From the IMG/VR virus record IMGVR_UViG_3300026885_000082, positions 1-9,760 of that record: a stretch of 9,760 bases of DNA. One strand, written 5' to 3'. Made by a program: the position numbers and the translations under genes. The notes beneath the pieces are model-generated. The model ran no database searches and was not told the origin of the DNA. It saw only the letters and a program-made list of their open reading frames with translations. Below, one piece after another: positions 1 to 7,017 of this stretch (within the stretch, counting starts at the first letter, position 1; each line of letters opens with the position of its first letter).

Positions 1-63
1 CTAATAATAGTTGCCCTAATATTCGTTATAAGATACTTGATGAAGTCCACAGACACGTTCTAA
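1..63 (+). CDS. 3' end of a hydrophobic protein (partial, begins before the window)
   Basis: Frame 1 reads LIIVALIFVIRYLMKSTDTF then TAA (61-63), followed by a T-rich tract. Not in the ORF track. Confidence 0.55.
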   Translation, partial: LIIVALIFVIRYLMKSTDTF

Positions 64-68
64 GCTAA

Positions 69-88
69 ATTTTATTTTTTAATTTTTC
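69..88 (+). terminator. Oligo-T tract: archaeal-type terminator and/or AT-rich promoter of the next ORF
   Basis: TTTTATTTTTTAATTTTT lies just after the stop at 61-63 and about 20-30 nt before the ATG at 104. Confidence 0.4.
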
Positions 89-103
89 CTCCTATTTCTT
101 CTT

Positions 104-373
104 ATGAACATCTATAAGGGAAGAAGGAGTTGTTACTATAGAAGGGAAGGTATTTTAGTCACTCACGACTGGGAAATCCCTGACATGATAATGAGGGACC
201 TGAGGAGGGGTTATACTTACGATCATGAGTGTAACGTCATTAAGATGGATGACGACTTAGCGAAGGCCAGACTAGCGTTCCTCGAGAAGATAACAGCTGA
301 CGAATTAGCAAGGGAAAAAGCTAGGAGATATTTACACGAATTGAAAGAAGGAGAACGCGTTTTTATTTATTAG
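104..373 (+). CDS. Hypothetical protein, 89 aa, charged
   Basis: ATG-started ORF filling the space between AT-rich intergenic tracts; no family recognised. Confidence 0.7.
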   Translation: MNIYKGRRSCYYRREGILVTHDWEIPDMIMRDLRRGYTYDHECNVIKMDDDLAKARLAFLEKITADELAREKARRYLHELKEGERVFIY

Positions 374-394
374 TGTATTTATGGATTCTTTTTT

Positions 395-703
395 ATGGCA
401 CAACAGGAACAAATATCAATCGTATCCATAATAGTTATAGCCTTATTTGCGATTTTCATCTTCTCCACAATATTGCAAGGCATATTGTTTGTACTTGACC
501 CTGTTAAAGATATGGTCTCTTCTGCACCTTCTCCTCAAGTTTCATGGACTTTAGCCATTTATCAAGACCTCTATGTGGTTTATAGTTACATCTTGACAGT
601 TCTTTCAAATCAGTACGCAGTTGCCGTACTCATTGCTCTAGGTATAGTTGTAATCTCGTTAACGTATTATTGGTACTGGAGACAACAGACATACGGTGCC
701 TGA
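395..703 (+). CDS. Small two-helix membrane protein, possible virion structural or pilin-like subunit
   Basis: Two long hydrophobic segments (ISIVSIIVIALFAIFIFSTILQGILFVL; YAVAVLIALGIVVISLTYYWYW) joined by a region containing SSAPSPQVS. Confidence 0.75.
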   Translation: MAQQEQISIVSIIVIALFAIFIFSTILQGILFVLDPVKDMVSSAPSPQVSWTLAIYQDLYVVYSYILTVLSNQYAVAVLIALGIVVISLTYYWYWRQQTYGA

Positions 704-738
704 TGGCTCCCCGTCTGTAAGGCTCTTCGCCCTCTTGT

Positions 739-1110
739 TCAGATAAACATTTGATACAAGTAGTCGAATAACTTTAATAATCTAGCTTGATCCTCCTCAA
801 CTTCTTTAATTTTTTTCATCTTGTCAGCGAAGTCTCTGAAGGAAGTCGAGTTCGTGTAATAATTTAAGTCGCTCAGCGCTATGTACTTCTTTTCCATACT
901 TTTGAACTCATTACCGTTCCCACGCCATTTTATAATCGGTACTACGTAGTTTCTACCCTGCTTTTCAGGTTTAAAGAACTCAAAGCATGTATCTCCCTTA
1001 CATATCATAACGTGGTTTTCTTTTGCCTCGACTATTTGGAGTGGTTTATTATTACTCGAAACTCTGTATTTTATGTCCTTTATCGTTTTATAAGCCTCCA
1101 ATATACCCAT
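739..1110 (-). CDS. Hypothetical Lys-rich protein, 123 aa, adjacent to and divergent from the 38-bp array
   Basis: ATG-started ORF with AT-rich upstream region; no family recognised. Confidence 0.75.
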   Translation of the reverse strand: MGILEAYKTIKDIKYRVSSNNKPLQIVEAKENHVMICKGDTCFEFFKPEKQGRNYVVPIIKWRGNGNEFKSMEKKYIALSDLNYYTNSTSFRDFADKMKKIKEVEEDQARLLKLFDYLYQMFI

Positions 1111-1181
1111 AAGAAATAGTTAGAAAAGAGAGCTAAAAAATAAAAAGCCGGAAATTATTATCTAGCATTGGGTACCCCTAT

Positions 1182-1339
1182 TGCACATAAGCAAGGAGAA
1201 ACGTCAATAATTGACGACCTGCACATAAGCAACAAATAAGATCAATAAGTTATATTTTGCACGCAAGCAAGAATTCATCTTAATAATCATTTCGCTGCAC
1301 ATAAGCAACAAGATGCTTTAATAATTGTAAACATGCACA
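1182..1339 (+). repeat. Dual-repeat array with 38-bp period (TIGR-like candidate guide-RNA array): 4 full units plus a terminal partial repeat
   Basis: TGCACATAAGCAA at 1182, 1220, 1258 (variant TGCACGCAAGCAA) and 1296, partial TGCACA at 1334. Second repeat TYAATAA at 1204, 1242, 1280, 1318. All eight intervening segments are exactly 9 nt and all differ. Strand is inferred. Confidence 0.85.
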
Positions 1340-1344
1340 ATAGT

Positions 1345-1362
1345 GTTGGGGAAATCTCCAAC
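1345..1362. terminator. Hairpin between the array and the end of the convergent acyltransferase gene
   Basis: GTTGGGG-AAAT-CTCCAAC, 7-bp stem with one G.U pair. Confidence 0.4.
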
Positions 1363-1366
1363 TAAG

Positions 1367-2299
1367 CTACACTTCTATTACCCTTTTTGTTATTTCCTTT
1401 CTTCTCAGCGGAAACTCCGTAGCAATTGCAGTTAGGATGCCGTAAAGTATTCCACTTGCTCCAGAAAGTTCCTGAAAGAGTAAAGTCCACAGATAAACTC
1501 CGTAACTCACCTCTCCAAGGAAGACCGTTACACGACTAAGTACCTTAGGCGGATTTAAGATAAGAAGGGCAAAAACGGGTAACGCCAAGTTGTAAATCAG
1601 GAATCGCGTGAAGAACTCATAAGTTATCTCGTCACGTGTATTTAATGCTATGTATAGTACAAGCAGTAATCCTAATATAATATAATGTATATTGTTCGCT
1701 CTATAGCCCTTCTTCTTCAAAAGGTAAACGATTATCCCCCACCCGTACGCCCCTAACCAAAAGGGGGGCATGAAGTAAAGTAAGTGAAACTCATTGTAGG
1801 GGAGAAGAACTATAAACGCACTATATATTAACGTTGTAATGATTAGAAATGTTGCGATACGAAACTTCCATTTATCGGGAAGCTTGTGTAACATTGGTAT
1901 GATAAGATACATCCATTCTTCCAGCTGAAGAGACCAGAAGAGATATTGGAAGGAAAACGGTGTAAGAACATAGGAAACGAATGCAAAATGGAGTATCAAA
2001 TCGTAATATGTCACTCTCAGGTTGAACATGTATCTGTCGACTAAGAATACTACGATGACAGCAAGGAAATAAAGTGGCCATATCCTCTTCACTCTTCTCT
2101 TGAAATAACGAGAGAGTGAGGGGTTTTCATCGAGTCTGCTCATAAGGAGAAAAATCGATAACTCGAAGAAGAGAGGCACACCCAACCAACCAGGGCGAAA
2201 AAACGCAAGAGGGATTAACTGAAGAGTCCATAAATGATATAAAGCGACGGAAAAAGATGCGAAAAAACGTAATTGAGCTATTCGTGGATCATACTTCAT
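1367..2299 (-). CDS. Acyltransferase family 3 (OafA/YrhL-like) integral membrane O-acyltransferase
   Basis: Motifs LRFFASFSVALYH, GWLGVPLFFELS, RRVKRIWPLY, WSLQLEEWMY and LGEVSYGVYLW; multiple TM segments. ATGA overlap with the upstream gene at 2296-2299. Confidence 0.9.
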   Translation of the reverse strand: MKYDPRIAQLRFFASFSVALYHLWTLQLIPLAFFRPGWLGVPLFFELSIFLLMSRLDENPSLSRYFKRRVKRIWPLYFLAVIVVFLVDRYMFNLRVTYYDLILHFAFVSYVLTPFSFQYLFWSLQLEEWMYLIIPMLHKLPDKWKFRIATFLIITTLIYSAFIVLLPYNEFHLLYFMPPFWLGAYGWGIIVYLLKKKGYRANNIHYIILGLLLVLYIALNTRDEITYEFFTRFLIYNLALPVFALLILNPPKVLSRVTVFLGEVSYGVYLWTLLFQELSGASGILYGILTAIATEFPLRRKEITKRVIEV

Positions 2300-3021
2300 G
2301 TTGATCGCCTGGCATATATTAAGCCGATCTTCTTCTTGTTTCCTTTAATCGTAACGTTAAACCCTCTAAGTAGATCTGCAAGATGTTGAACGCCGTTATG
2401 ATATTCTACGATAATCGTATGATATCTATTAATCAGTGAAGCAGTACTAAAGAAACCATATTCACACCCTTCGCAATCGACTTTAAGTACAGATCCAGAA
2501 GGAATATTATATTTGAGTGTTATAACATCTAAATTATTTGAAAGTCCACACTCGCAACTAATTGGCTCAATAACGTCTTTTAGATTATTTTCTCCTATGT
2601 TCTTTTCTAAGTAAGTCGTGTTGACATCAAACGCATAGACTTTCTTTGCACCGTTTAACGCAAAATAAATTGGCGAATCTCCTATTCCCGCACCGACATC
2701 AACTACTGTCCTTCCTTTTACATCAACGTCGTATATACCCTCTCTGAAGATTTCCCCGAAAGCCACAAAATCATTTATATCGAAATAGAACTTTAGCACC
2801 CTGTCCATGTACCTAAATAGTATAAATCTATCAGTGACAAAAATGATGTCAAGGTCACGTAACGTTGTAAAGAAATAGGCGTGCCTTTTCGACTTTATTT
2901 CTACTTCCAATCCATTCCTTAATTTCGCTGTAAAAGGGAACCTGTTTAATGCCGTTCTGAACATTACATTTAATGGATTATCATATGCAGACATATACGC
3001 CTTAAGCATTTTGAGATTCAT
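2296..3021 (-). CDS. FkbM-family SAM-dependent methyltransferase (241 aa; start corrected to ATG 3021)
   Basis: VVDVGAGIGDS SAM-binding motif, KKVYAFD and LKVDCEGCEY. The track's extra 96 N-terminal codons are the antisense of the IS left end and tnpB. SD-like AGGTGTGA on the minus strand at 3033-3026. Confidence 0.88.
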   Translation of the reverse strand: MNLKMLKAYMSAYDNPLNVMFRTALNRFPFTAKLRNGLEVEIKSKRHAYFFTTLRDLDIIFVTDRFILFRYMDRVLKFYFDINDFVAFGEIFREGIYDVDVKGRTVVDVGAGIGDSPIYFALNGAKKVYAFDVNTTYLEKNIGENNLKDVIEPISCECGLSNNLDVITLKYNIPSGSVLKVDCEGCEYGFFSTASLINRYHTIIVEYHNGVQHLADLLRGFNVTIKGNKKKIGLIYARRST

Positions 3022-3058
3022 CTTTTCACACCTGAGATCCAGTCCGTTAGGACGGGGA

Positions 3059-3073
3059 GCTAAGTATAAATAT
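3059..3073 (+). promoter_or_regulatory. Putative TATA box for tnpB
   Basis: GCTAAGTATAAATAT just inside the left-end hairpin, about 25-30 nt upstream of SD-like GGGGATG (3096-3102). Confidence 0.5.
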
Positions 3074-3106
3074 GAATTAAAATAAAAAAAAGATTGGGGA
3101 TGTTCC

Positions 3107-4243
3107 CTGAAAGCAGAAGTTAAAGTAGCAGTACAGGGGAAGATTCTGAACCCTAACAAAGAGAAGAGACACAAACTGAACGTCGTTCTGGAGAAGTACC
3201 TAAAAGCTGTGAAATTCTTCGCTTCCTTTAAGATTAAGGATAAGAAACTTCTCCAACAGAAAGCGTACAAGGAGGCGAGAAGAAGGTTCGGTCTATCCTC
3301 CACTCTCACACAGACTGCTAGGGATAAAGCAGTAGAACTGGTTAAGGCTAATGAGGGAAGAGAGTTTCACATTCATAAAGTATCCATACGAGTGAACTAC
3401 CGTGCTTTCAAGCTCGTGAGGAGGGACACTAAATTAACACCTTATTGGTTATATCTTCAGCTGGACGGTGATGGTGTATGGTATCCAGTACAATTTGGAG
3501 AAAGACAAAGACAGATGATAGATGACGCCCTCTCTGATAACAGTGAATGGTATTTGCAACAAGTTGAACTCGTAAAGAGAGATGGAGAATGGTACGTTTA
3601 TTTCACTCTCGAAAAGCCCTTCAAGAATTATGAGCCGAAAACACCTATAGGAATAGATTTGGGTGAAAAGAACTTCGCTACAGTAATAGCACTAGTTAAC
3701 GGTAAACCGACAAAGGGTACCTTCTTCAAAGGGTCGAAAATCAAGGAAGTCAGGCACAAGTACTTCAATATCAGGAAGAAACTACAGGAAAAGAAAAGGT
3801 TGAACGTGATTAAGAGGCTGAGAGGTAAAGAGAGAAGGATCGCAAACCATGAGCTTCACGTTATCTCCAAGAAGATTGTGGAATACGCTAAACAGTTCCC
3901 TTCTCCTGTGATAGTGATGGAGAAGCTCACAGGTATTAGAGAGAACTTCAAGAAGGGTAAGAAACTCAATAGGAGGTTTCACTCCTTACCCTTCAGGAAG
4001 CTACAGAAGATGGTGGAGTACAAGGCTAAGATACAAGGAATCAAGGTGGTATACATAGACCCTAAGAATACGTCAAAAACATGCCACAGGTGTGGATATG
4101 TTACCCACGTTGAAGGAAGGGAATATCACTGTCCTAAGTGCGGTCTCAAGTACAACCGTGACCTGAACGCATCTATTAACATAGCCCGTGCCTTAATGAG
4201 AGGTACGGGTCGGGGGTACGTAAACACCCCGAAGGGGAGATGA
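3107..4243 (+). CDS. tnpB: RNA-guided endonuclease TnpB
   Basis: RuvC-I GIDLG, RuvC-II VMEKL, Zn ribbon CHRC...CPKC, RuvC-III NRDLNAS. The frame is open upstream of the track's 3209 start (LKAEVKVAVQGKILNPNKEKRHKL...), which resembles a TnpB N-terminus. The start at CTG 3107 is inferred. Confidence 0.93.
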   Translation: MKAEVKVAVQGKILNPNKEKRHKLNVVLEKYLKAVKFFASFKIKDKKLLQQKAYKEARRRFGLSSTLTQTARDKAVELVKANEGREFHIHKVSIRVNYRAFKLVRRDTKLTPYWLYLQLDGDGVWYPVQFGERQRQMIDDALSDNSEWYLQQVELVKRDGEWYVYFTLEKPFKNYEPKTPIGIDLGEKNFATVIALVNGKPTKGTFFKGSKIKEVRHKYFNIRKKLQEKKRLNVIKRLRGKERRIANHELHVISKKIVEYAKQFPSPVIVMEKLTGIRENFKKGKKLNRRFHSLPFRKLQKMVEYKAKIQGIKVVYIDPKNTSKTCHRCGYVTHVEGREYHCPKCGLKYNRDLNASINIARALMRGTGRGYVNTPKGR

Positions 4244-4325
4244 AGGTGCGTCGTGAAGACCACTGGAAACCCCAAAGCCCCGTCCGTGAGGGCGGGGTAG
4301 CTTACACCGATTCATCCCAAATCAC
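4150..4325 (+). ncRNA. Predicted TnpB omega/reRNA: scaffold to 4305, guide about 4306-4325
   Basis: TnpB guide RNAs are known to span the tnpB 3' end, the right end and flanking DNA. GC-rich stems are visible in 4190-4297. The 5' end is a guess. Confidence 0.6.
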
Positions 4326-4739
4326 TTTGTAATCCTTTAACACACTTTTTGCAGAACTTATCAACGAATTATTTACAATGTTCAACACTTCTCTCTCCTG
4401 TTCATCTATCCTTATGTATTTACTTTTTATTTTATTCATCAATGATTTACTCTCCTTGAGCGCGCTTATCAATTTCTCCTTAGCATTCCAAACGTTAAAG
4501 AGCGGGATTGTATAATCGTTAAAGTCGGAGAGCAGTATTTCGAGTGCCTTGGTTACGTATTTGACAAATTTGTCATCAACGTCTTTACCATACCTCAGAT
4601 GGAGGTCAAGTAACTCTCCCTTCAGGAAGTCCCATATTTGGTCGTCATTACGCTCACCGCTGAGCTTTGCGGTCAGTAACTGTATCAGTATCTCTTCGAC
4701 GTAACTACGTCTGTGTTGTTGTTGCTGTTGTAGACTCAA
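4302..4739 (-). CDS. Hypothetical helical protein with N-terminal poly-Q
   Basis: TTG start with SD-like GGTGAG at 4750-4745; overlaps the upstream gene; the stop codon lies in the IS right end. Confidence 0.75.
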   Translation of the reverse strand: MSLQQQQQHRRSYVEEILIQLLTAKLSGERNDDQIWDFLKGELLDLHLRYGKDVDDKFVKYVTKALEILLSDFNDYTIPLFNVWNAKEKLISALKESKSLMNKIKSKYIRIDEQEREVLNIVNNSLISSAKSVLKDYKVIWDESV

Positions 4740-5292
4740 ACAATCTCACCGCGTTTCTATTCAGAAGAAGAATAAAATAGCTTAAGTTATCTGTGACTTT
4801 TACGAAGAAGTACATGGGGGGGATCAAGAGGGGTTTTGATATGTCCACTTCAATATCGATATGGCTTGTCTCCAAAAACGTGGTGTCTGACTCTGGTAGT
4901 ATCGTTTTCCTTTTGACTTTTTTCAAGGGTAAATATTTATTTCTTACGAGACCGAAGAAAAGGAACGGTCTGCCAATGAACTGTTTCGCGATAAATGCAT
5001 AGGAAAGTTTGTTCAGGAAGTCGTCATCGAGTTTTGAAGTTTTCGTTCTCTTCATCAACTTGTCCATTTTTAGATTGACGTTGTGAATAGGTGAAGTAAG
5101 GTATGCGTATTGTCCGTACACCTTGTCGATAACTTTAGGTTTTGTAGAGTTAAGCATCTTCGGGGAAATGTGTTTATCGATCCACCATACTACATTTCTT
5201 TCGGTGTACACGGGTTTCTTTTTCTTTTTTCTCAAAAGTAAAGCGGCTGCTGTTATCCCTGCGCCTGCAGCTATTATCAGTGCTGTTTCCAT
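4705..5292 (-). CDS. Hypothetical protein with N-terminal membrane anchor followed by poly-Lys
   Basis: METALIIAAGAGITAAALLL-RKKKKK; part of an overlapping gene string. Confidence 0.75.
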   Translation of the reverse strand: METALIIAAGAGITAAALLLRKKKKKPVYTERNVVWWIDKHISPKMLNSTKPKVIDKVYGQYAYLTSPIHNVNLKMDKLMKRTKTSKLDDDFLNKLSYAFIAKQFIGRPFLFFGLVRNKYLPLKKVKRKTILPESDTTFLETSHIDIEVDISKPLLIPPMYFFVKVTDNLSYFILLLNRNAVRLFESTTATTTQT

Positions 5293-5849
5293 ATATCGTA
5301 CCCTGTCAATATCTCGTTTATCAAACGCGGTGCCTTATCAGCAGGTAAGTTCGTGTTTAAGAGATTTACTATCATAATGCTTATATTATCAACTGCAAGA
5401 TAGAAACTGTTTACTATATCAACATAGTGCTGTAAGAGCTTTAGATCCTCAGTCAACTTCTCGCTATCATCGGTATCTTTACTTATTTTGTTCATGATTT
5501 GTGTATAAACTGCGTCCTGAATAACTATCATATTTCTGATGACGTTTCTCACGGAATTTTTGAACAGAGGAAGTATAAGCGAGGGGACAGTGATGTAACG
5601 TACTTCTTGCTGTAAATCCTCAAGTAATGCAGCAATGACAGCGGACTCGAATTGTTTGAGCTTATTGATGTTGTTAATTACGTCGTCATCTTTCAACTCT
5701 TCAAGGAGGTTTATCTTTGATAAGGGCTGTTTGACCAGTTTTACGAGTCCGTGGTTCTCGTCAAAGGTGAGGGGGTTTACTTTTACTACTACGGTTTTTG
5801 CGCTTGTCCCCCTCACTCCAGTTTGTTGCTGTTGTTTTTCGTCACTCAT
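5277..5849 (-). CDS. Hypothetical alpha-helical protein (start likely ATG 5849, MSDEKQQQQ)
   Basis: SD-like GGTGAGG at 5859-5853 precedes ATG 5849; long amphipathic helical pattern. Confidence 0.75.
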   Translation of the reverse strand: MSDEKQQQQTGVRGTSAKTVVVKVNPLTFDENHGLVKLVKQPLSKINLLEELKDDDVINNINKLKQFESAVIAALLEDLQQEVRYITVPSLILPLFKNSVRNVIRNMIVIQDAVYTQIMNKISKDTDDSEKLTEDLKLLQHYVDIVNSFYLAVDNISIMIVNLLNTNLPADKAPRLINEILTGYDIWKQH

Positions 5850-6048
5850 CTTCCTCACCGTTTGTTGGGTAATACCACCTTATATAGGCATATTTACTTC
5901 TCCTCTTTTGAAAAATCTGAATTCTTGCGTTATATGATTTTGCAAGCTCTCTTACCTGATTGACGTAGTCTAAAGGCACCATAATTACGTTCTCTTTCTC
6001 CGGAGAAAACAGGGGGTTATACGCTATAATTATATCAATAACATCCAT
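5842..6048 (-). CDS. Small hypothetical protein (68 aa), first gene of the leftward operon
   Basis: ATG about 20-28 nt downstream of a minus-strand TTTTTATTA; overlaps the next gene by 8 nt. Confidence 0.65.
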   Translation of the reverse strand: MDVIDIIIAYNPLFSPEKENVIMVPLDYVNQVRELAKSYNARIQIFQKRRSKYAYIRWYYPTNGEEDE

Positions 6049-6157
6049 AGATATACGTTTCCGTGTAATAATAAAAATCTAGCATTGGGGGTTTTAGGGG
6101 GTTTCCCCCTAATAATAAAAGTTTTAAATCGAGATTATGAATTCATTACATAATGAA
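6049..6157. promoter_or_regulatory. Divergent promoter region with a central hairpin
   Basis: Minus-strand TATA-like at about 6076-6068. Plus-strand AAAAG-TTTTAAAT (6117-6129) lies about 24 nt before ATG 6153, a leaderless geometry. Perfect hairpin TAGGGGG-TTT-CCCCCTA at 6095-6111. Confidence 0.65.
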
Positions 6158-6368
6158 GGAACTTTACGCAGTTTCTAGGTATAAGAAACTACTCGGAATG
6201 CGGTGGTTAATCTTAACTGCTGAGAAGAAGAATATTGATTTGTTAGAGTCTGTCAAGGAGAAAAAATGTCCCATATGTGGTCAACAGTTTAAAAACGTGT
6301 TCTTCCTGCAAAGACATTTAGATATTACAGAATGCGGTACTGTTTTAGAAAAAACGTTAAGAGAATAA
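6153..6368 (+). CDS. Small C2H2/C2HC-type zinc-finger protein, putative transcription regulator
   Basis: CPICGQQFKNVFFLQRHLDITEC = C-x2-C-x3-F-x5-L-x2-H-x5-C; such proteins are common in crenarchaeal viruses. Confidence 0.8.
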   Translation: MKELYAVSRYKKLLGMRWLILTAEKKNIDLLESVKEKKCPICGQQFKNVFFLQRHLDITECGTVLEKTLRE

Positions 6369-6698
6369 TTCAAACGAACTCCCTTTTTTTGTGAATATTT
6401 TTATTATTAACAGAAAAGCCGATACTATCGTTATGACAAACCCTATCATGAAAAGGGGGGCAAAGGGATCGGGCTTGTAAACAGGCGTTATTATAATTGT
6501 CGAGTTGTTTATCTTTGTTTCGTTCTCACCAGCTACATATATTATGCTATTTAGGTATGAAGCGAAATTAAAGATCGTCAGAAAAATTGTAATAACAGCG
6601 TCAAGGTAAATCGGGGTGTCCTTGTTGAAGAGATAGAGTTGGAGTGCCAGTGCTATGAAGTCAATCGAAAGCGTAATAATCAACTCATTGCCTAACAC
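6357..6698 (-). CDS. Small membrane protein (about 3 TM)
   Basis: Three hydrophobic segments and a loop with N-x-S/T sequons (NET, NNS, NST). Confidence 0.75.
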   Translation of the reverse strand: MLGNELIITLSIDFIALALQLYLFNKDTPIYLDAVITIFLTIFNFASYLNSIIYVAGENETKINNSTIIITPVYKPDPFAPLFMIGFVITIVSAFLLIIKIFTKKGSSFELFS

Positions 6699-7017
6699 TT
6701 TGCATCAGCCTCTTTAACTCATCTATGTTTACTGGTAAATTAAAAAATATTCTACCATAGATGTAAATCGCCGGTGGGTAGTTCTCTCTTTCTGCGCAAT
6801 AGTTTAGCAACTTCGACACGCACATCTCCAACGTGTTATACTTCTTTTCACATATTTCCACTATCTCCTCATCATCCTCGATAAAGTACTTCAACTTTCT
6901 TGCTTGGACACCGTAGTAGCTGTAAAACCCGTTCTTCTTGTCACTAAAATAATATACTTTGCTCTTTGCTTTTCTGATAATATCGTTCACGAATTTCTCG
7001 CACATCTCACGACCCAA
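6685..7017 (-). CDS. Hypothetical protein, about 110 aa
   Basis: Overlaps neighbours on the same strand; start may be the internal ATG (MCEKF). Confidence 0.7.
   Translation of the reverse strand: MGREMCEKFVNDIIRKAKSKVYYFSDKKNGFYSYYGVQARKLKYFIEDDEEIVEICEKKYNTLEMCVSKLLNYCAERENYPPAIYIYGRIFFNLPVNIDELKRLMQSVRQ

Larger units (their letters stand above)
3022..4305 (+). mobile_element. Non-autonomous IS200/IS605-family (IS1341-like, tnpB-only) element
   Basis: Left hairpin TCCAGTCC-GTTA-GGACGGGG (3038-3057). Right hairpin CCCCGTCC-GTGA-GGGCGGGG (4278-4297), preceded by AAAG and followed by TTAC (4302-4305). Contains tnpB, no tnpA. The left boundary is inferred (alternative about 3037). Confidence 0.8.

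Noticed and set aside
706-722. Possible remnant of an IS end (GCTCCCCGTC = reverse complement of 3051-3060)
   Set aside because: Only 10 bp match and the second hairpin arm is absent; could be chance or a terminator between convergent genes.
1202-1216. Hairpin CGTCAA-TAA-TTGACG as a general stem-loop unit structure
   Set aside because: Clear only in unit 1; the other units lack comparable pairing.
1182-1339. Conventional (mini-)CRISPR array
   Set aside because: The repeat is only 13 nt, the 25-nt gaps contain a fixed central TYAATAA, there is no typical GAAA(C/G) repeat end, and no cas genes are present.
1182-1339. Simple tandem repeat or coding repeat
   Set aside because: The period of 38 is not a multiple of 3, no ORF covers it, and variation is confined to two sharply bounded 9-nt blocks. 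An iteron/operator array is less favoured but not fully excluded.
3022-3309. 96-aa N-terminal extension of the FkbM ORF
   Set aside because: It is the antisense of the IS left end and tnpB; the better-supported start is ATG 3021.
3107-4243. TnpB as a Cas12f-like effector using the 38-bp array
   Set aside because: It sits inside its own IS ends with an intact right-end RNA region, about 1.7 kb from the array, and looks like an independent insertion.
6139-6156. Self-target of array unit 3 (GAATTCATC+GCGAAATGA vs GAATTCATTACATAATGA, 14/18)
   Set aside because: The four mismatches are central, and a match of this level is roughly expected by chance in AT-rich sequence given the number of guide arrangements tried.
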